A DNA stretch of 61,689 bases, the filler included, from Chiloscyllium plagiosum (taxonomy: Eukaryota), in assembly GCF_004010195.1 (NCBI RefSeq). It is 3 parts of one record of this genome, joined end to end, with 100 filler letters (N's around TTAATTAATTAA, not from the genome) between each part and the next. Parts side by side here need not be neighbours in the genome. Positions count along the whole stretch, not along the records: positions 1 to 19,765 come from NC_057714.1; 2 more parts are not named here. One strand, 5' to 3'. Positions 1 through 12,862 of the stretch are shown piece after piece. The notes beneath the pieces are model-generated. The model worked only from the letters and a program-made list of their open reading frames with translations, was not told where the DNA came from and ran no database searches. Numbering within the stretch: the stretch's first letter is position 1; each line of letters opens with the position of its first letter. The position numbers and the translations under genes are program-made.

Positions 1-775
1 CGCTGCAGGCTACACAACCCCAATGCTCACTGAGCTCTAGGCTGTACAACCCCACTGCTCACTGAGCTCTAGGGTGTACAACCCCACTGCTCACTGAGCT
101 CCAGGCTGTACAACCCCACTGCTCACTGAGCTCTAGGCTGTACAACCCCACTGCTCACTGAGCTCCAGGCTACACAACCCCTCTGCTCACTGAGCTCCAG
201 GGTGTACAACCCCACTGCTCACTGAGCTCCAGGCTGTACAACCCCACCGCTCACTGAGCTCCAGGCTACACAACCCCAATGCTTGCTGAGCTCCAGGCTA
301 CACAACCCCACTGCTCACTTTGCTCCAGGCTGTACAACCCCACTGCTCACTGAGTTCCAGCCTGTACAACCCCATTGCTCACTGAGCTCCAGCCTGTACA
401 ACCCCATTGCTCACTGAGCTCCAGGCTACACAAGCCCACTGCTCACTGAGCCACAGTTTGTATAACCCCACTGCTCACTGCGCTGCAGGCTACACAACCC
501 CAATGCTCACTGAGCTCTAGGCTGTACAACCCCACTGCTCACTGAGCTCCAGCTACACAACCCCACTGCTCACTCAGCTGCAGGCTACACAACCCCACGA
601 CTCACTGAGCTCCAGGCTGTACAACCCCACTGCTCACTGAGCTCCAGCTACACAACCCCACTGCTCACTAAGCTCCAGCCTGCACAACCCCACTGCTCAC
701 AGACCACCAGGCTGTACAACCGACTGCCCACTGAGTGCCAGGCTTCAAACCCCACTGCTCACTGAGCTCCTGGAT
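1..775. repeat. 32-bp tandem satellite, consensus CAACCCCACTGCTCACTGAGCTCCAGGCTGTA (runs off left edge)
   Basis: Continuous head-to-tail 32-mers; bases 1-60 recur exactly at 481-540. Confidence 0.97.
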
Positions 776-920
776 ACATCCCACAGCTACCTGGAAAACC
801 GACCGACTCCCACAGCTACCTGGACTACACCTCCTCCCACCCTGCCCCCTGAAAAACACTATCCCATTCTCCCAATTCCTTCGTCTCCGCCGCATCTGCT
901 CCCAGGAAGACCAGTTCCCA
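776..920 (+). mobile_element. Penelope-like element ORF fragment (RT C-terminal/thumb region)
   Basis: Reads KPTDSHSYLDYTSSHPAP / KNTIPFSQFLRLRRICSQEDQF across a frameshift, typical of the PLE RT C-terminal region. Confidence 0.8.
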
Positions 921-994
921 ATACCATTGACATTTAAACCTTTCCCAATCTTCTAGTTTCCCATTGGTCTTTGCCACTTTGTACGTCTTTTCTT

Positions 995-2135
995 TCATCG
1001 AACACTTAACAATACAGCACAGTACAGGCTCTTTAACCCTTGATGTTGTACTGAACTTTAAACCTTTGCTAAGATCAAACTCACGTCCATACCTTACATT
1101 TTATTATCATCCCTGTGCCTATCCAAGAGTCGCTTAAATGTCCGGAATATAACTGACTCTATTACCACCGCGGGCAGCACATTCTCTTTGTAAAGAACCT
1201 ACCTCTGACATCTCCCCTAAACCTTCCTCCAATCACTTTAAAATTATATCCCCTTGTGATAGACATGTCCACTCTGGGAAAAAGTCTCTGGCCATCCACA
1301 CTATCTTTGTCTCTCATCATTGTGTCCACCTCTGTCAAGTCACCTCTCATCCTTCTTCACTCCAAAGAAAAGTCCCAAGCACTGTCAACCTCTCTTAATG
1401 AGGCATACCCTTCAGTCCAGGCAGCATCCTGGTAACTCTCAAAAACTTCCACATCTTTCCTATAATGAGGTGACCAGAACTGAACACAATACTCCAAGTG
1501 CAGTCTAACCAGGGCTCTATCGAGCTGCACCACAACTTCATGGCTTTTCAACTCAAACCCTCTGCTAATGAAAGCCAACACACCATACACCTTCTGAACA
1601 GCCCGATCAACTTGGGTGGCTACTTTCAGGGATCTATGGACATGAAGCATAAGATCCATCTGTTGCTCCACACTGCCAACAATCCTGCCTTTAACCCTGT
1701 ATTCTGCATTCAAATTCGGTTTTCTAAAGTGAATGACGTCACACTTTTCCTGATTAAACTACATCTGCCACGTCTCAGCCCAGCTCTGCATCTCATCGAC
1801 ATCCGTCCGTAACCCACAACATCCTTCTGCACTACCCACAACTCTCATTACATTTGTGTCACCTGCAAAATTACTAACCCACCCTTCTACACCCACATCC
1901 AGGTCATTTATAAAAATCACAAACAGCAGTTGCCCCAAAACAGATCCTTGCGGTCCCTCACTAGTAACTGAACTCCAGGATAAACATTTCCCATCCACCA
2001 CCACATTGTCATCTTTCAGCGAGACAATTTCTGACCCAAACCGCGAAATCAACTTCAATCCCGAAACACCTTAATTTGTGCAATAGCCAACCATGTGGAA
2101 CCTTATCAAACGCCTTATTGAAGGCCATATACTTC
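995..2135 (-). mobile_element. CR1/HER1-type LINE, 3' part (decayed RT plus 3' tail)
   Basis: ORF fragments GPQGSVLGQLLFVIFINDLD and LVRLHLEYCVQFWSPHYRKDV; CR1-type 3' tail near 1000-1060. Confidence 0.9.
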
Positions 2136-2149
2136 ACACCGAGTGGTTA

Positions 2150-2445
2150 AACACCTGAGCTATCTTGAGAACGGAATTTAAATGAAGTTCTGGGATTTAC
2201 ATATCAAAGAACATAAACCAGCACATGCTGGTGAAAGTTTTAATCCAAGAATGTTTTTTATATCACATCTCCATGACACTGGACTCCTTTGGCTATAAAT
2301 TCTAGGATCATGGTCTTAACTTCCACAAGTGCCTGATGAAGGAGCAGCGATCTGAAAGCTAGTGCTGCCAATTAAACCTGTTGGATTATAACCTGGTGTT
2401 GTGAGTTTTAAATTTGAACACCCCAGTCCAACACCAGCTACTCCA
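2150..2445 (+). mobile_element. Penelope-like terminal repeat (pLTR family A) with minimal hammerhead core
   Basis: gtgc CTGATGA a gga..tct GAAA gc TA gtgc at 2329-2365; homologous to 27290-27505 and 57260-57345. Confidence 0.7.
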
Positions 2446-2622
2446 AGGAAGGAGGAGACAATGCTTCTTACCGTCTCTGAGGCCCAATGGAATCCTGGGA
2501 TATGAGGCAAGGGTCAGCCCCAAGTGTAGCCAAATTAGCCAGGTCTAGTGAACATTGTACAGTAAATCATATTCATTGAATGTGTATGACATTTGAGAGG
2601 TTTGTTGGAGAAGATTACGAAC

Positions 2623-2688
2623 CTGTTGTCTCTTCAGTAGTTGTCGGAGCCTCTGTTGTGGGAATTGTAGTGGTGGGTGTTGTGGCAA
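2623..2688 (-). CDS. Probable ADAM exon: Thr/Pro-rich mucin-like stalk xATTPTTTIPTTEAPTTTEETTx (66 nt, phase 1-1)
   Basis: Strong acceptor tttctgtttgttcctttccaacAG, donor CAG|GTTCGT, open frame. Same strand as, and downstream of, the ADAM exons; phase 1 fits the post-EGF intron of ADAM genes. Assignment to the ADAM gene is inference. Confidence 0.65.
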
Positions 2689-2739
2689 CTGTTGGAAAGG
2701 AACAAACAGAAACAATCTCAATGAATGTGGGACTCAGGA

Positions 2740-5700
2740 CTTCCAGCCTGTACAACCCCACTGCTCACTGAGCTCCAGGCTGTACAACCCGACTGCTCAC
2801 TGAGCTCCAGGCTACACAACCACAATGCTCACTGTGCCCCAGGCTGTACAACCCCACTGCTCACTGAGCTCCAGGAAACACAACCCCACTGCTCACTGAG
2901 CTCCAGGCTGTACAACCCCACTGCTCACTGAGCTCCAGGCTACACAGCCCCACTGCTCACTGAGCTCCAGGCTGTGCAACCCCACTGCTCACTGAGCTCC
3001 AGGCCACACAACCCCACTGCTCACTGAGCTCCAGGCTGTACAACCTCACTGCTCACTGAGCTCCAGGCAAAACAACCCCACTGCTCACTGAGCTCCAGGC
3101 AACACAACCTCACTGCTCACTGAGCTCCAGGCTGTACAACCTCACTGCTCACTGAGCTCCAGGCTGCACAACCCCACTGCTCTCTGAGCCCCAGTCTGTA
3201 CAAACCCACTGCTCACTGAGCTCGAGGCAACACAACCCCACTGCTCATTGAGCTCCCGGCTACACAACCCCACTGCTCATTGAGCCCCAGTCTGTACAAA
3301 CCCACTTCTCACTGAGCTCCAGGCTGTACAACCCCATTGCTCACTCAGCTCCAGGCTACACAACGCCACTGCTCACTGAGCTCCAGGCTGTACAACTCCA
3401 CTGCACCCTGAGCTCGAGGCTGGACAACCCCACTGCTCACTGACCTCCAGGCTGTACAACCCGACTGTCCACTGAGCACCAGGCTGTACAACCCCACTGC
3501 GCACTGAGCCCCAGTCTGTACAAACCCACTGCTCACTTAGCTCGAGGCAACACAACCCCACTGCTCACTGAGCTCCCGGCTACACAACCCCACTGCTCAC
3601 ACTGAGCTCCAGGCTGTACAACCCCACGGGGCTCACTGAGCTCCAGGCTGTACAACCCCACGGGGCTCACTGAGCTCCAGGCTGTACAACCCCACGGGTC
3701 ACTGAGCTCCAGGCTGTACAACCCGACTGCTCACTGAGCTCCAGGCAGTACCAGCCCTCTGCTCCCTGAGCTCCAGGCTACACAGCCCCATTGCTCACAC
3801 AGCTCCAGGCAGTACAACCCCACTGCTCACTGGGCTCCAGGCTACACAACTCCACAACTCACTGAGCTCCAGGCTGTACAACCCCACTGCTCACTGAGCT
3901 CGAGGCTGTCCAACCCGACTGTCCACTGAGCGCCAATCTACACAGCCCCACTGCTCACTGAGCTCCCGGCAAAAAAACCCCACTGCTCACTGAGCTCCAG
4001 GCTACACAACCCCACTGCTCACTGAGCTCCAGGCTGTACAACCCCACTGCTCACTGAGCTCCAGGCTACACAACTCCAATGCTCACTGCGCTCCAGGCTA
4101 CTTAACCCCACTGCTCACTGAGCTCCAGGCCACAAAACCGCACTGGTCACTCAGCTCCAGGCTACACAACCCCACTGCTCACTGAGCTCCAGGTGGTACA
4201 ACCCCACGGGGCTCACTGAGCTCCAGGCTACATCACCCCACTGCTCAATGAGCTCCAGGCAGTACAACCCCACTGCTTACTGAGCTCCAGGCTGCACAAC
4301 CCCACTGCTCACTGAGCTCCAGGCTGTACAACCTCACAGCTCACTGAGCTCCAGGCTGTACAACCCCACGGCTCACTGAGCTCCAGGCTGTACGACCCCA
4401 TTGCTCACTGAGCTCCAGGCTACACAACCCCACTGCTCACTGACTCCAGGCTGTACAACCTCACTGCTTACTGAGCTCCAGGTTACACAACCCCACGACT
4501 CACTGAGCTCCAGGCTATACAACCCGACTGTCCAATGAGCACCAGGCGACACAAACCCACTGCTCACTGAGCTCCAGTGCGTACAACCCCACTGCTCACT
4601 GAGCTCCAGTGTGGACAACACCACTGCTGACTGAGCTCCAGGCTGTACAACCTCACTGCTCACTGAGCCCCAGGCTACACAACCCCACTGCTCACTGAGC
4701 TCCAGGCTACATAACCCCACTGCTGACTGAGCTCCAGCCTGCACAACCCCACTGCTCACTGAGCTCCAGGGCGTACAACCCCACTGCTCACTGAGCTCCA
4801 GGCTGTACAACCCCACGGGGCTCACTGAGCTCCAGGCTGTACAACCCCACGGGGCTCCAGGCTGTACAACTCCATTGCTCACTGAGCTCCAGGCTAGACA
4901 AGCCCAATGCTCCCTGAGCTCTGGGGTGTACAACCCCACTGCTCAGAGACCTCCAGGCTGTACAACCCGACTGTCAACTGAGCCCCAGGCTACACAACCC
5001 CACTGCTCACTGAGCTCCAAGCTGCACAACCCCACTGCTCACTGAGCTCCAGGCCACAAAACCCCACTGCTCACTGAGCACCAGGCCACACAACCCGACT
5101 GCTCACTGAGCTCCAGGCTGTACAACCCCACGGGGCTCACTGAGCTCCAGGCTGTACAACCCGACTGCTCACTGAGCTCCAGGCAGTACCAGCCCTCTGC
5201 TCCCTGAGCTCCAGGCTACACAGCCCCACTGCTCACACAGCTCCAGGCAGTACAACCCCACTGCTCACTGGGCTCCAGGCTACACAACTCCACTGCTCAC
5301 TGCGCTCCAGGCTACATAACCCCACTGCTCACTGAGCTCCAGGCTGCACAACCCCACTGCTCACTGAGCTCCAGGCTGTACAACCTCACAGCTCACTGAG
5401 CTCCAGGCTGTACAACCCCACGGCTCACTGAGCTCCAGGCTGTACAACCCCACGGCTCACTGAGCTCCAGGCTACACAACCCCACTACTCACTGACTCCA
5501 GGCTGTACAACCTCACTGCTTACTGAGCTCCAGGTTACACAACCCTACTGCTCACTGAGCTCCAGGCGACACAACCCCACTGCTCACTGAGCTCCAGGCT
5601 ACACAACCCCACGACTCACTGAGCTCCAGGCTATACAACCCCATGACTCACTGAGCTCCAGGTTGTACAACCCGACTGTCCAATGAGCACCAGGCTACAC

Positions 5701-8700
5701 AACCCCACTGCTCACTGAGCTCCAGGCTGTACATCCCCACTGCTCACTGAGCTCCAGGCCACACAACCCCACTGCTCACTGAGCACCAGGCTGTACAACC
5801 CCACTGCTCACTGAGCACCAGGCTGTACAACCCCACTGCTCACTGAGCTCCAAGCTGTACAACCCCACTGCTCACTGAGCTCCAGGCCACACAACCCCAC
5901 TGCTCACTGAGCACCAGCCCACACAACCCCACGGGGCGTACTGAGCTCCAGGATGTACAACCCCACGGGGCTCACTGAGCTCCAGGCTGTACAACCCGAC
6001 TGCTCACTGAGCTCCAGGCAACACAACCCCACTGCTCTCTGAGCTCCAGGCAGTACCAGCCCTCTGCTCCCTGAGCTCCAGGCCACACAGCCCCACTGCT
6101 CACTGAGCTCCAGGCAGTCCAACCCCACTGCTCACTGAGCTCCAGGCTGTACAACCACCCTGCTCACTGGACTCCAGGCGACACAACTCCTCTGCTCACT
6201 GCGCTCCAGGCTGCACAACCCCACTGCTCACTGAGCTCCAGGCTGTACAACCCCACTGCTCACTGAGCTCCAGGCAAAACAACACCACTGCTCACTGAGC
6301 TCCAGGCAAAACAACCCCACTGCTCACTGAGCTCCAGGCAACACAACCCCACTGCTCACTGAGCTCCAGGCTACACAACCCCACTGCTCACTGAACTCCA
6401 GGCTGTACTACCCCACTGCTCACTGAGCTCCAGGCTGTACAACCCGACTGCTCACTGAGCTCCAGGCTACACAACCCCACTGCTCACTGAACTCCAGGCT
6501 GTACTACCCCACTGCTCACTGAGCTCCAGGCTGTACAACCCGACTGCTCACTGAGCTCCAGGCTACACAACCCCACTGCTCACTGAACTCCAGGCTGTAC
6601 TACCCCACTGCTCACTGAGCTCCAGGCTGTACAACCCGACTGCTCACTGAGCTCCAGGCTACACAACCCCACTGCTCACTGAACTCCAGGCTGTACTACC
6701 CCACTGCTCACTGAGCTCCAGGCTGTACAACCCGACTGCTCACTGAGCTCCAGGCTACACAACCCCACTGCTCACTGAACTCCAGGCTGTACTACCCCAC
6801 TGCTCACTGAGCTCCAGGCTGTACAACCCGACTGCTCACTGAGCTCCAGGCTACACAACCCCACTGCTCACTGAACTCCAGGCTGTACTACCCCACTGCT
6901 CACTGAGCTCCAGGCTGTACAACCCGACTGCTCACTGAGCTCCAGGCTACACAACCCCACTGCTCACTGAACTCCAGGCTGTACTACCCCACTGCTCACT
7001 GAGCTCCAGGCTGTACAACCCGACTGCTCACTGAGCTCCAGGCTACACAACCCCACTGCTCACTGAACTCCAGGCTGTACTACCCCACTGCTCACTGAGC
7101 TCCAGGCTGTACAACCCGACTGCTCACTGAGCTCCAGGCTACACAACCCCACTGCTCACTGAACTCCAGGCTGTACTACCCCACTGCTCACTGAGCTCCA
7201 GGCTGTACAACCCGACTGCTCACTGAGCTCCAGGCTACACAACCCCACTGCTCACTGAACTCCAGGCTGTACTACCCCACTGCTCACTGAGCTCCAGGCT
7301 GTACAACCCGACTGCTCACTGAGCTCCAGGCTACACAACCCCACTGCTCACTGAACTCCAGGCTGTACTACCCCACTGCTCACTGAGCTCCAGGCTGTAC
7401 AACCCGACTGCTCACTGAGCTCCAGGCTACACAACCCCACTGCTCACTGAACTCCAGGCTGTACTACCCCACTGCTCACTGAGCTCCAGGCTGTACAACC
7501 CGACTGCTCACTGAGCTCCAGGCTACACAACCCCACTGCTCACTGAACTCCAGGCTGTACTACCCCACTGCTCACTGAGCTCCAGGCTGTACAACCCGAC
7601 TGCTCACTGAGCTCCAGGCTACACAACCCCACTGCTCACTGAACTCCAGGCTGTACTACCCCACTGCTCACTGAGCTCCAGGCTGTACAACCCGACTGCT
7701 CACTGAGCTCCAGGCTACACAACCCCACTGCTCACTGAACTCCAGGCTGTACTACCCCACTGCTCACTGAGCTCCAGGCTGTACAACCCGACTGCTCACT
7801 GAGCTCCAGGCTACACAACCCCACTGCTCACTGAACTCCAGGCTGTACTACCCCACTGCTCACTGAGCTCCAGGCTGTACAACCCGACTGCTCACTGAGC
7901 TCCAGGCTACACAACCCCACTGCTCACTGAACTCCAGGCTGTACTACCCCACTGCTCACTGAGCTCCAGGCTGTACAACCCGACTGCTCACTGAGCTCCA
8001 GGCTACACAACCCCACTGCTCACTGAACTCCAGGCTGTACTACCCCACTGCTCACTGAGCTCCAGGCTGTACAACCCGACTGCTCACTGAGCTCCAGGCT
8101 ACACAACCCCACTGCTCACTGAACTCCAGGCTGTACTACCCCACTGCTCACTGAGCTCCAGGCTGTACAACCCCACTGCTCACTGAGCTCCAGGCTGTAC
8201 AACCCCACTGCTCACTGAGCTCCAGGCTGTACAACCCCACTGCTCACTGAGCTCCAGGCTGTACAACCCCACTGCTCACTGAGCTCCAGGCTGTACAACC
8301 CCACTGCTCACTGAGCTCCAGGCTGTACAACCCCACTGCTCACTGAGCTCCAGGCTGTACAACCCCACTGCTCACTGAGCTCCAGGCTGAACAACCCCAC
8401 TGCTCACTGAGCTCCAGGCTGTACAACCCCACTGCTCACTGAGCTCCAGGCTACACAACCCCACTGCTCACTGAGCTCCAGGCTACACAACCCCACTGCT
8501 CACTGAACTCCAGGCTGTACTACCCCACTGCTCACTGAGCTCCAGGCTGTACAACCCCACTGCTCACTGAGCTCCAGGCTGTACAACCCCACTGCTCACT
8601 GAGCTCCAGGCTGTACAACCCCACTGCTCACTGAGCTCCAACCCTCACAACTCCACAGACCACTGAGCCCCAGGCTACACAACCCCACTGGTCACTGTGC

Positions 8701-9990
8701 TCCAGGCTGTACAACCCCACTGCTCACTGAGCTCCAGGCTACACAACCCCACTGCTCACTGAGCTCCAGGCTGTACAACACCACTGCTCACGGAGCTCCA
8801 GGCTACACAACCCCACTGCTCACTCAGCTCCAGGCTGTACAACCCCACTGCTCCCTGAGCTCTAGGCTATACAACCCCACTGCTCAGAGACCTCCAGGCT
8901 GTACAACCCGTCTGTCCACTGAGCACCAGGCTACACAACCCCACTGCTCACTGAGTTCCAGTGCGTACAACCCCACTGCTCACTGAGCTCCAAGCTGCAC
9001 GACCCCACTGCTCACTGAGCTCCAGGCCACACAACCCCACTGCTCACTGAGCTCCAGGCCAGACAACCCCACTGCTCACACTGAGCGCCAGGCCACACAA
9101 CCCGACTGCTCACTGAGCTCCAGGCTGTACAACCCCACGGGGCTCACTGAGCTCCAGGCCACACAACCCCAGTGCTCACACTGAGCGCCAGGCCACATAA
9201 CCCCACTGCTCACTGTGCTCCAGGCTGTACAACCCCACTGCTCCCTGAGCTCTAGGCTATACAACCCCACTGCTCAGAGACCTACAGGCTGTACAACCTG
9301 ACTGTCCACTGAGCACCAGGCTACACAACCCCACTGCTCACTGAGCTCCAGGCTACACAACCCCACTGCTCACTGAGGTCCAGGCCACACAACCCCACTG
9401 CTCACTGAGCTCCAGGCAACACAACTCCACTGCTCACTGAGCTCCAGGCCACACAACCCCAGTGCTCACACTGAGCGCCAGGCCACACAACCCGACAGTT
9501 CACTGAGCTCCATGCTGTACAACCCCACTGCTCACTTTGCTCCAGACTGTACAACCCCACTGCTCACTGAGCTCCAGGCTGTACAACCCCATTGCTCACT
9601 GAGCTCCAGGCTAGACAAGCCCACTACTCCCTGAGCTCTAGGGTGTACAACCCCACTGCTCAGAGACCTCTAGGCTGTACAACCCGACTGTCCACTGAGC
9701 ACCAGGCTACACAACCCCACTGCTCACTCAGCTGCAGGCTACACAACCCCACTGCTCACTGTGGTCCAGGCTACACAACCCGACTGCTCACTGAGCTCCA
9801 GGCTGTACAACCCCACTGCTCACTGAGCTCCAGGCAGTACAACCCCACTGCTCACTGAGCTCCAGGCTACACAACATTTCTGCTCACTGAGCTCCAGGCT
9901 GTACAACCCCACTGCTCACTGACTCCAGGCTGTACAACCTCACTGCTTACTGAGCTTCAGGTTGCACAACCCCAATGCTCACTGAGCTCT
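2740..9990. repeat. 32-bp satellite array (about 7.2 kb), same family as 1-775
   Basis: Uninterrupted 32-mers up to the N gap, with variant monomers (ctaca/ctgta/ccaca). Confidence 0.98.
6371..8173. repeat. Perfect 96-bp (3x32) higher-order repeat, about 18-19 copies
   Basis: Trimer ctacac..gaactcc / ctgtacta.. / ctgtacaacccg..; lines at 6361, 6841, 7321 and 7801 are identical. Confidence 0.95.
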
Positions 9991-10490
9991 NNNNNNNNNN
10001 NNNNNNNNNNNNNNNNNNNNNNNNNNNNNNNNNNNNNNNNNNNNNNNNNNNNNNNNNNNNNNNNNNNNNNNNNNNNNNNNNNNNNNNNNNNNNNNNNNNN
10101 NNNNNNNNNNNNNNNNNNNNNNNNNNNNNNNNNNNNNNNNNNNNNNNNNNNNNNNNNNNNNNNNNNNNNNNNNNNNNNNNNNNNNNNNNNNNNNNNNNNN
10201 NNNNNNNNNNNNNNNNNNNNNNNNNNNNNNNNNNNNNNNNNNNNNNNNNNNNNNNNNNNNNNNNNNNNNNNNNNNNNNNNNNNNNNNNNNNNNNNNNNNN
10301 NNNNNNNNNNNNNNNNNNNNNNNNNNNNNNNNNNNNNNNNNNNNNNNNNNNNNNNNNNNNNNNNNNNNNNNNNNNNNNNNNNNNNNNNNNNNNNNNNNNN
10401 NNNNNNNNNNNNNNNNNNNNNNNNNNNNNNNNNNNNNNNNNNNNNNNNNNNNNNNNNNNNNNNNNNNNNNNNNNNNNNNNNNNNNNNNNN
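9991..10490. other. Assembly gap (500 N)
   Basis: N run. Confidence 1.
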
Positions 10491-12862
10491 AAACAAAGGA
10501 AATTATATAGGTATGAGGACTGGCTTGGCCCGAGTAGATAGGGGAGCAAAGTTAAAATGTAAGACAGTCGATAAACAGTGGCAGATGTTTAAGGAGTGAC
10601 TCAATTCCTCACAACTAAAATATGTCTCAGGCAACTGTCTGTGTGGAGTTTGAACATTCTCTAAATGTCTGTGTGGGTTTCCTCCGGGTGCTCCGGTTTC
10701 CTCCCACAGTCCAAAAATGTGCGGGTTGGTGAATTGGCCATGCTAAATTGCCCGTAGTGTTAGGGGCAGGGGTAAATGTAGGGGAATGGGTCTGGGTGGG
10801 TTGCGTTTGGCGGGTCGGTGTGGACTTGTTGGGCCGAAGGGCCTGTTTCCACACTGTAAGTAATCTAATCTAATCTAAACTAATCAAATGTCCAAGTGAG
10901 AAAGAATGCTGTGAAGGGGATAAAAACTAAACAAGGCTAAACAAGGCTAAACAAGGAGGTCAAGAACAATATACAGTCAAAAACTAACATATACCATACT
11001 GCAAAGGTCAGGGGCAGGCTGGAAGATTGGGAAACTTTCAAACATAAACTAAAGGAATATTTAAAAATTAATTTAAAAAGTTCTAAGATAAATTACAAAA
11101 GAAAACTAGTACAAAATATCAAAAAGGATAGCAAAAACTTCTATAAGTATACCCAAGGGAAGAGTGTTGGCCCCTTGGAAGATGAAACCGGAGAGTTAAT
11201 AATGGGGAACACTGAGATAGCACAGATGATAAATGAATACTTTGCTTCAGTTTCACAGTGAAGGACAATAATATCATTCCTATTGGAACAGGCAGGTCCG
11301 AGGCAATAGAAAGGATAGAATTTCGAACAATCAACATTGGTAGGAATAGGTGCTCAGCAAACTGTTAGGATTAAGGTCAGACAAGTCGGACGGACCTGAT
11401 GGCCTACATCCTAGAGTATTAAAGGAAGTGGCGAAAAACGTGGATCCATTGGTTACAATATTCCAACATTCCCTGGACACAGGAAATGTTCCAGTGGATT
11501 GGAACAATGCTAATGTACCGCCTTTATTCAAAAAGGCAGGGAGGCAATATGTGGGAAATTATAGACCAGTTAGTCTAATATCTGTGTTAGAAACAATCAT
11601 CAAGGAAGCAACGTCAGGACATTTTGAAAGTCAAAATGCTACCCATGAGAGTCAGCATGGTTTTGTGAAGTGGTAAATCATGTTTGACTAATTTTCGAGA
11701 GCTCTTCAAAGAGGTAACAAGCAAAGTGGATAATGAGAATCCTGTAGATGTAAAATACCTGGACTTCCAGAAAGCGTTTGATAAGGTGCTGCAGAAAAAA
11801 AAATCATTCACAAGGTTGCATTGTATGGGATTAGGGGTAATTTATTAGCTTGGATAGATGACTGGCTGGTGGACAGAAGACAGAGAGTCAGGAAAAATGA
11901 GTAACTGGTACCACAGGGTTTAGTCCTTGGCCACATCTATTTACAATCTACATTAACGGCTTGGATATAGGGATAGAAGGCTCTGTAACCAAATTTGCAG
12001 ACATCACAAAAATAGGTGGGATGGTAAATCGCAAAGAGGAAATAAGCACCTTATAGGTATCAATAGGTTAGAAGAGTGAGACAAAATATGGCAGATGGAG
12101 TTGAACATGGAATAAGTGTGAGGTCATGCATTTTGGTTAGAAAAATAAGAACGTGACCCATTATGTAAATGGGGAGAGACTTCAAGGTGCTCTGGTGCGG
12201 AGGCCTGTGAGTGTCCACGGTCATGAGTCACTGAAAACTAGCATGCAGCTACAGCAGCTCATAAAGAAGGTGAATGGAATGTTGGGTAATATCGCAAAAG
12301 GATCAGAATATAAAGGTCAGGAAGTATTGTTACAACTATCCGAGGTGTTTAGCAGGCTGCACCTGGAGAATTATGCCCCTGATTTGAGGAAAGATGGAGC
12401 GACATTGGAGGCAGTTCAGAGGAGGTTCATTCAATTGATCCCAGAGATGAGGGGTTTGTCGTATGAAGAAAGATTGAACAGTTTCGGCGGATACTGTCTG
12501 GAATTTAGAAGAATGAAGTGAGATTGAGTTGAGATATTCAAGATGATAAAAGGTGTGGATAAAATAGACATGGAGCAGATGTTTCTAGGCCGAGGGGGCA
12601 TAGCCTTAGGATAAGGGAGAGCACATTTAAAACAGAGTTGAGGAGAAACTACTTCTCCCAAGGGCTTGTGAACCTGTGGAGTTTGCTACCCCAGTGGATG
12701 CTGGGACAGTGAGTTGTTAGGCTGATATATAATTGGTAATGGGCTGAAGGGTTATGTGGAGAAGGCAGGAAAATGGGAGTGAGGAATATTTCAGCCATGA
12801 TAGAATGGTGGAGCAGTCTCAATGGGCAGAAAGGCCTAATTCTAGTCCAATACTTTATGAAC
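10491..12862 (+). mobile_element. Decayed CR1 LINE ORF2 (RT) with 3' end
   Basis: KSDGPDGLHPRVLKEVA, DWNNANVPPLFKK, NYRPVSL, YLDFQKAFDKV, LEAVQRRF; many stops and frameshifts. Confidence 0.9.
10628..10880 (+). mobile_element. HE1-type V-SINE, 5'-truncated, nested in CR1
   Basis: V-domain (gggtttcctccgggtgctccggtttcctccc), HER1-like tail ending in (taatc)n. Confidence 0.9.

Noticed and set aside
2580..2771. Plus-strand Val-rich ORF resembling a transmembrane helix
   Set aside because: It is the antisense of the Thr-rich exon; the splice signals are on the minus strand.
1..9990. 32-bp repeats as a CRISPR array or coding repeat
   Set aside because: No unique spacers, eukaryotic context; the ORFs are frame-cycling artefacts of a unit not divisible by 3.
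9947..10549. Long ORFs across N runs (also 49861-50516)
   Set aside because: Artefacts of translating gaps.
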